Source of the DNA: a virus
Taxonomy: Duplodnaviria > Heunggongvirae > Uroviricota > Caudoviricetes
Strand: one strand, 5' to 3'
IMG/VR virus record: IMGVR_UViG_2654587772_000001
DNA: 36,012 bases
Made by a program: the position numbers and the translations under genes. Below the pieces are notes generated by a model. The model did not search any database. It saw nothing but the letters and a program-made list of their open reading frames with translations, and was not told the origin of the DNA. Below are positions 34,597-36,012 of this stretch, piece by piece (the stretch's first letter is position 1; each line of letters begins with the position of its first letter).

Positions 34597-34618
34597 TGTA
34601 TGTGATCGGTTTCTAAGA
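34597..34618 (-). promoter_or_regulatory. candidate CRP-binding site of the cyaR promoter
   Basis: TGTGA-N6-TCTAA (TGTGATCGGTTTCTAA at 34601..34616) centred about 42 bp upstream of the CyaR 5' end, with a TATCAT -10-like hexamer in between; CyaR is known to be CRP-cAMP activated. Confidence 0.45.
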
Positions 34619-34650
34619 ATTTTCCATCCGGGAAAAATAATCGAAATTAA

Positions 34651-36012
34651 TCACTTACCGTGGGGGTTACGCGTGGTTTCCCCGGAGAAATTACGCATCA
34701 GCAGCGCGTAATTTAGCTCAAGATCCTGCGGCACCGGGATCCACACAGTATAACCATCGCCTGGTGCGACCGGCATAGCTTCACCTTTGGCGTTTTCCAT
34801 ATGCTCAAGGGTAAAGTTAATGTTGCCTTGCGGCGTCATCAGCTCAAGGCTGTCGCCAACGGAGAATTTATTTTTCACCGCTACCGCCGCGAGGTCGCCC
34901 TTGCGCTCACCGGTAAACTCACCAACAAACTGCTGGCGGTCAGAAACTGAATAACCGTATTCGTAGTTCTGATAATCGTCGTGAGTATGACGACGCAGGA
35001 AACCTTCGGTATAGCCACGATGCGCCAGACCTTCCAGAGTTTCCAGCAGGCTGGTATCGAATGGTTTTCCCGCAGCTGCGTCATCGATAGCTTTACGGTA
35101 AACCTGCGCGGTGCGTGCGCAATAGTAGAAAGATTTGGTACGGCCTTCGATTTTCAGCGAATGCACTCCCATTTTGGTCAGGCGTTCTACATGGGCGATG
35201 GCGCGCAGATCTTTCGAGTTCATGATGTAAGTGCCGTGCTCATCTTCAAACGCGGTCATATACTCGCCCGGACGCTGGGCCTCTTCGATCATAAACACTT
35301 TGTCGGTTGGTGCGCCGATACCCAGCGTCGGCTCAACATTTTGCACCGGAATCGGCTCGTACTTGTGTACGATGTTGCCAACGTCATCTTCTTTCCCTTC
35401 CTGGACGTTGTACTCCCAGCGGCAGGCGTTGGTGCAGGTGCCCTGGTTCGGGTCGCGCTTGTTGATATAGCCAGAGAGCAGGCAGCGACCGGAGTAGGCC
35501 ATGCACAGAGCGCCGTGAACGAAGATTTCGATCTCCATATTTGGCACCTGATTGCGGATCTCTTCAATCTCTTCCAGCGACAGCTCGCGAGAGAGGATCA
35601 CGCGGGTCAGGCCCATTTGCTGCCAGAATTTCACCGTCGCCCAGTTCACGGCGTTAGCCTGTACCGAGAGATGGATCGGCATTTCAGGGAAGTGCTCACG
35701 CACCAGCATAATCAGCCCTGGATCGGACATAATCAGCGCATCCGGCCCCATTTCCACCACCGGTTTCAGGTCACGGATAAAGGTTTTCAGCTTGGCGTTG
35801 TGCGGTGCAATGTTGACCACTACATAAAACTTTTTCCCCAGCGCGTGGGCTTCATTGATGCCGAGCTGAAGATTTTCGTGGTTGAATTCGTTGTTGCGCA
35901 CACGCAGGGAGTAACGCGGCTGGCCCGCATAAACAGCATCTGCGCCATAAGCGAAAGCGTAACGCATATTTTTCAGCGTTCCCGCCGGGGAAAGGAGTTC
36001 CGGTTTAAACAT
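34651..36012 (-). CDS. yegQ: U32-family peptidase-like protein YegQ/RlhA (23S rRNA hydroxylation factor), host flank
   Basis: 453-aa ORF (MFKPELLSPAGTLKNMRYAFAYGADAVYAGQPRYSL...) matching the remembered E. coli YegQ; start codon at the window edge. Confidence 0.85.
   Translation of the reverse strand: MFKPELLSPAGTLKNMRYAFAYGADAVYAGQPRYSLRVRNNEFNHENLQLGINEAHALGKKFYVVVNIAPHNAKLKTFIRDLKPVVEMGPDALIMSDPGLIMLVREHFPEMPIHLSVQANAVNWATVKFWQQMGLTRVILSRELSLEEIEEIRNQVPNMEIEIFVHGALCMAYSGRCLLSGYINKRDPNQGTCTNACRWEYNVQEGKEDDVGNIVHKYEPIPVQNVEPTLGIGAPTDKVFMIEEAQRPGEYMTAFEDEHGTYIMNSKDLRAIAHVERLTKMGVHSLKIEGRTKSFYYCARTAQVYRKAIDDAAAGKPFDTSLLETLEGLAHRGYTEGFLRRHTHDDYQNYEYGYSVSDRQQFVGEFTGERKGDLAAVAVKNKFSVGDSLELMTPQGNINFTLEHMENAKGEAMPVAPGDGYTVWIPVPQDLELNYALLMRNFSGETTRNPHGK

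Noticed and set aside
1-36012. Looked for a tRNA gene at the integration site, CRISPR repeats and IS/transposase genes
   Set aside because: The integration target is the sRNA cyaR rather than a tRNA; no regularly spaced direct repeats and no transposase-like ORFs were seen.

Overview
The window is a complete P2-like (Peduovirus-type) prophage of about 34 kb in an enterobacterial, E. coli-like chromosome, integrated into the 3' end of the sRNA gene cyaR. It is bounded by identical 27-bp att cores (476..502 and 34480..34506) and flanked by a yegR-like lipoprotein gene on the left and cyaR plus yegQ/rlhA on the right. The backbone is syntenic with P2: int-C-cox-B-A, cos, Q-P/O-N-M-L capsid and packaging genes, the lysis cassette X-Y-K-lysA-lysB-lysC, tail and baseplate genes R-S-V-W-J-I-H-G, FI-FII-E/E'-T-U-D, and ogr. 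Protein identities were assigned by reading the ORF translations against remembered P2 proteins and gene lengths; nothing was searched. Three regions stand out as accessory because they are AT-rich (spot counts about 20-35% GC against about 50-60% for the backbone). (1) At the position where P2 carries tin/old (between A and cos) there is a tightly coupled three-gene operon, 6538..9959, ending in a 673-aa SMC/Rad50-like ABC ATPase with a CxxC hook; this is the best candidate for an undescribed or poorly characterised anti-phage system (ABC-three-component / Lamassu-like architecture). (2) Between S and V there is a two-gene island, 19236..21138, encoding a 3-TM membrane protein and a class III nucleotidyl-cyclase-domain protein, which looks like an atypical Pycsar-like module. 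(3) The tail-fibre region carries a Hin/Gin-type invertible segment with an alternative fibre C-terminus and chaperone, a serine invertase, and a small AT-rich moron of unknown function. Exact start codons, the cos sequence and the promoter elements are from memory and motif reading and need computational confirmation.
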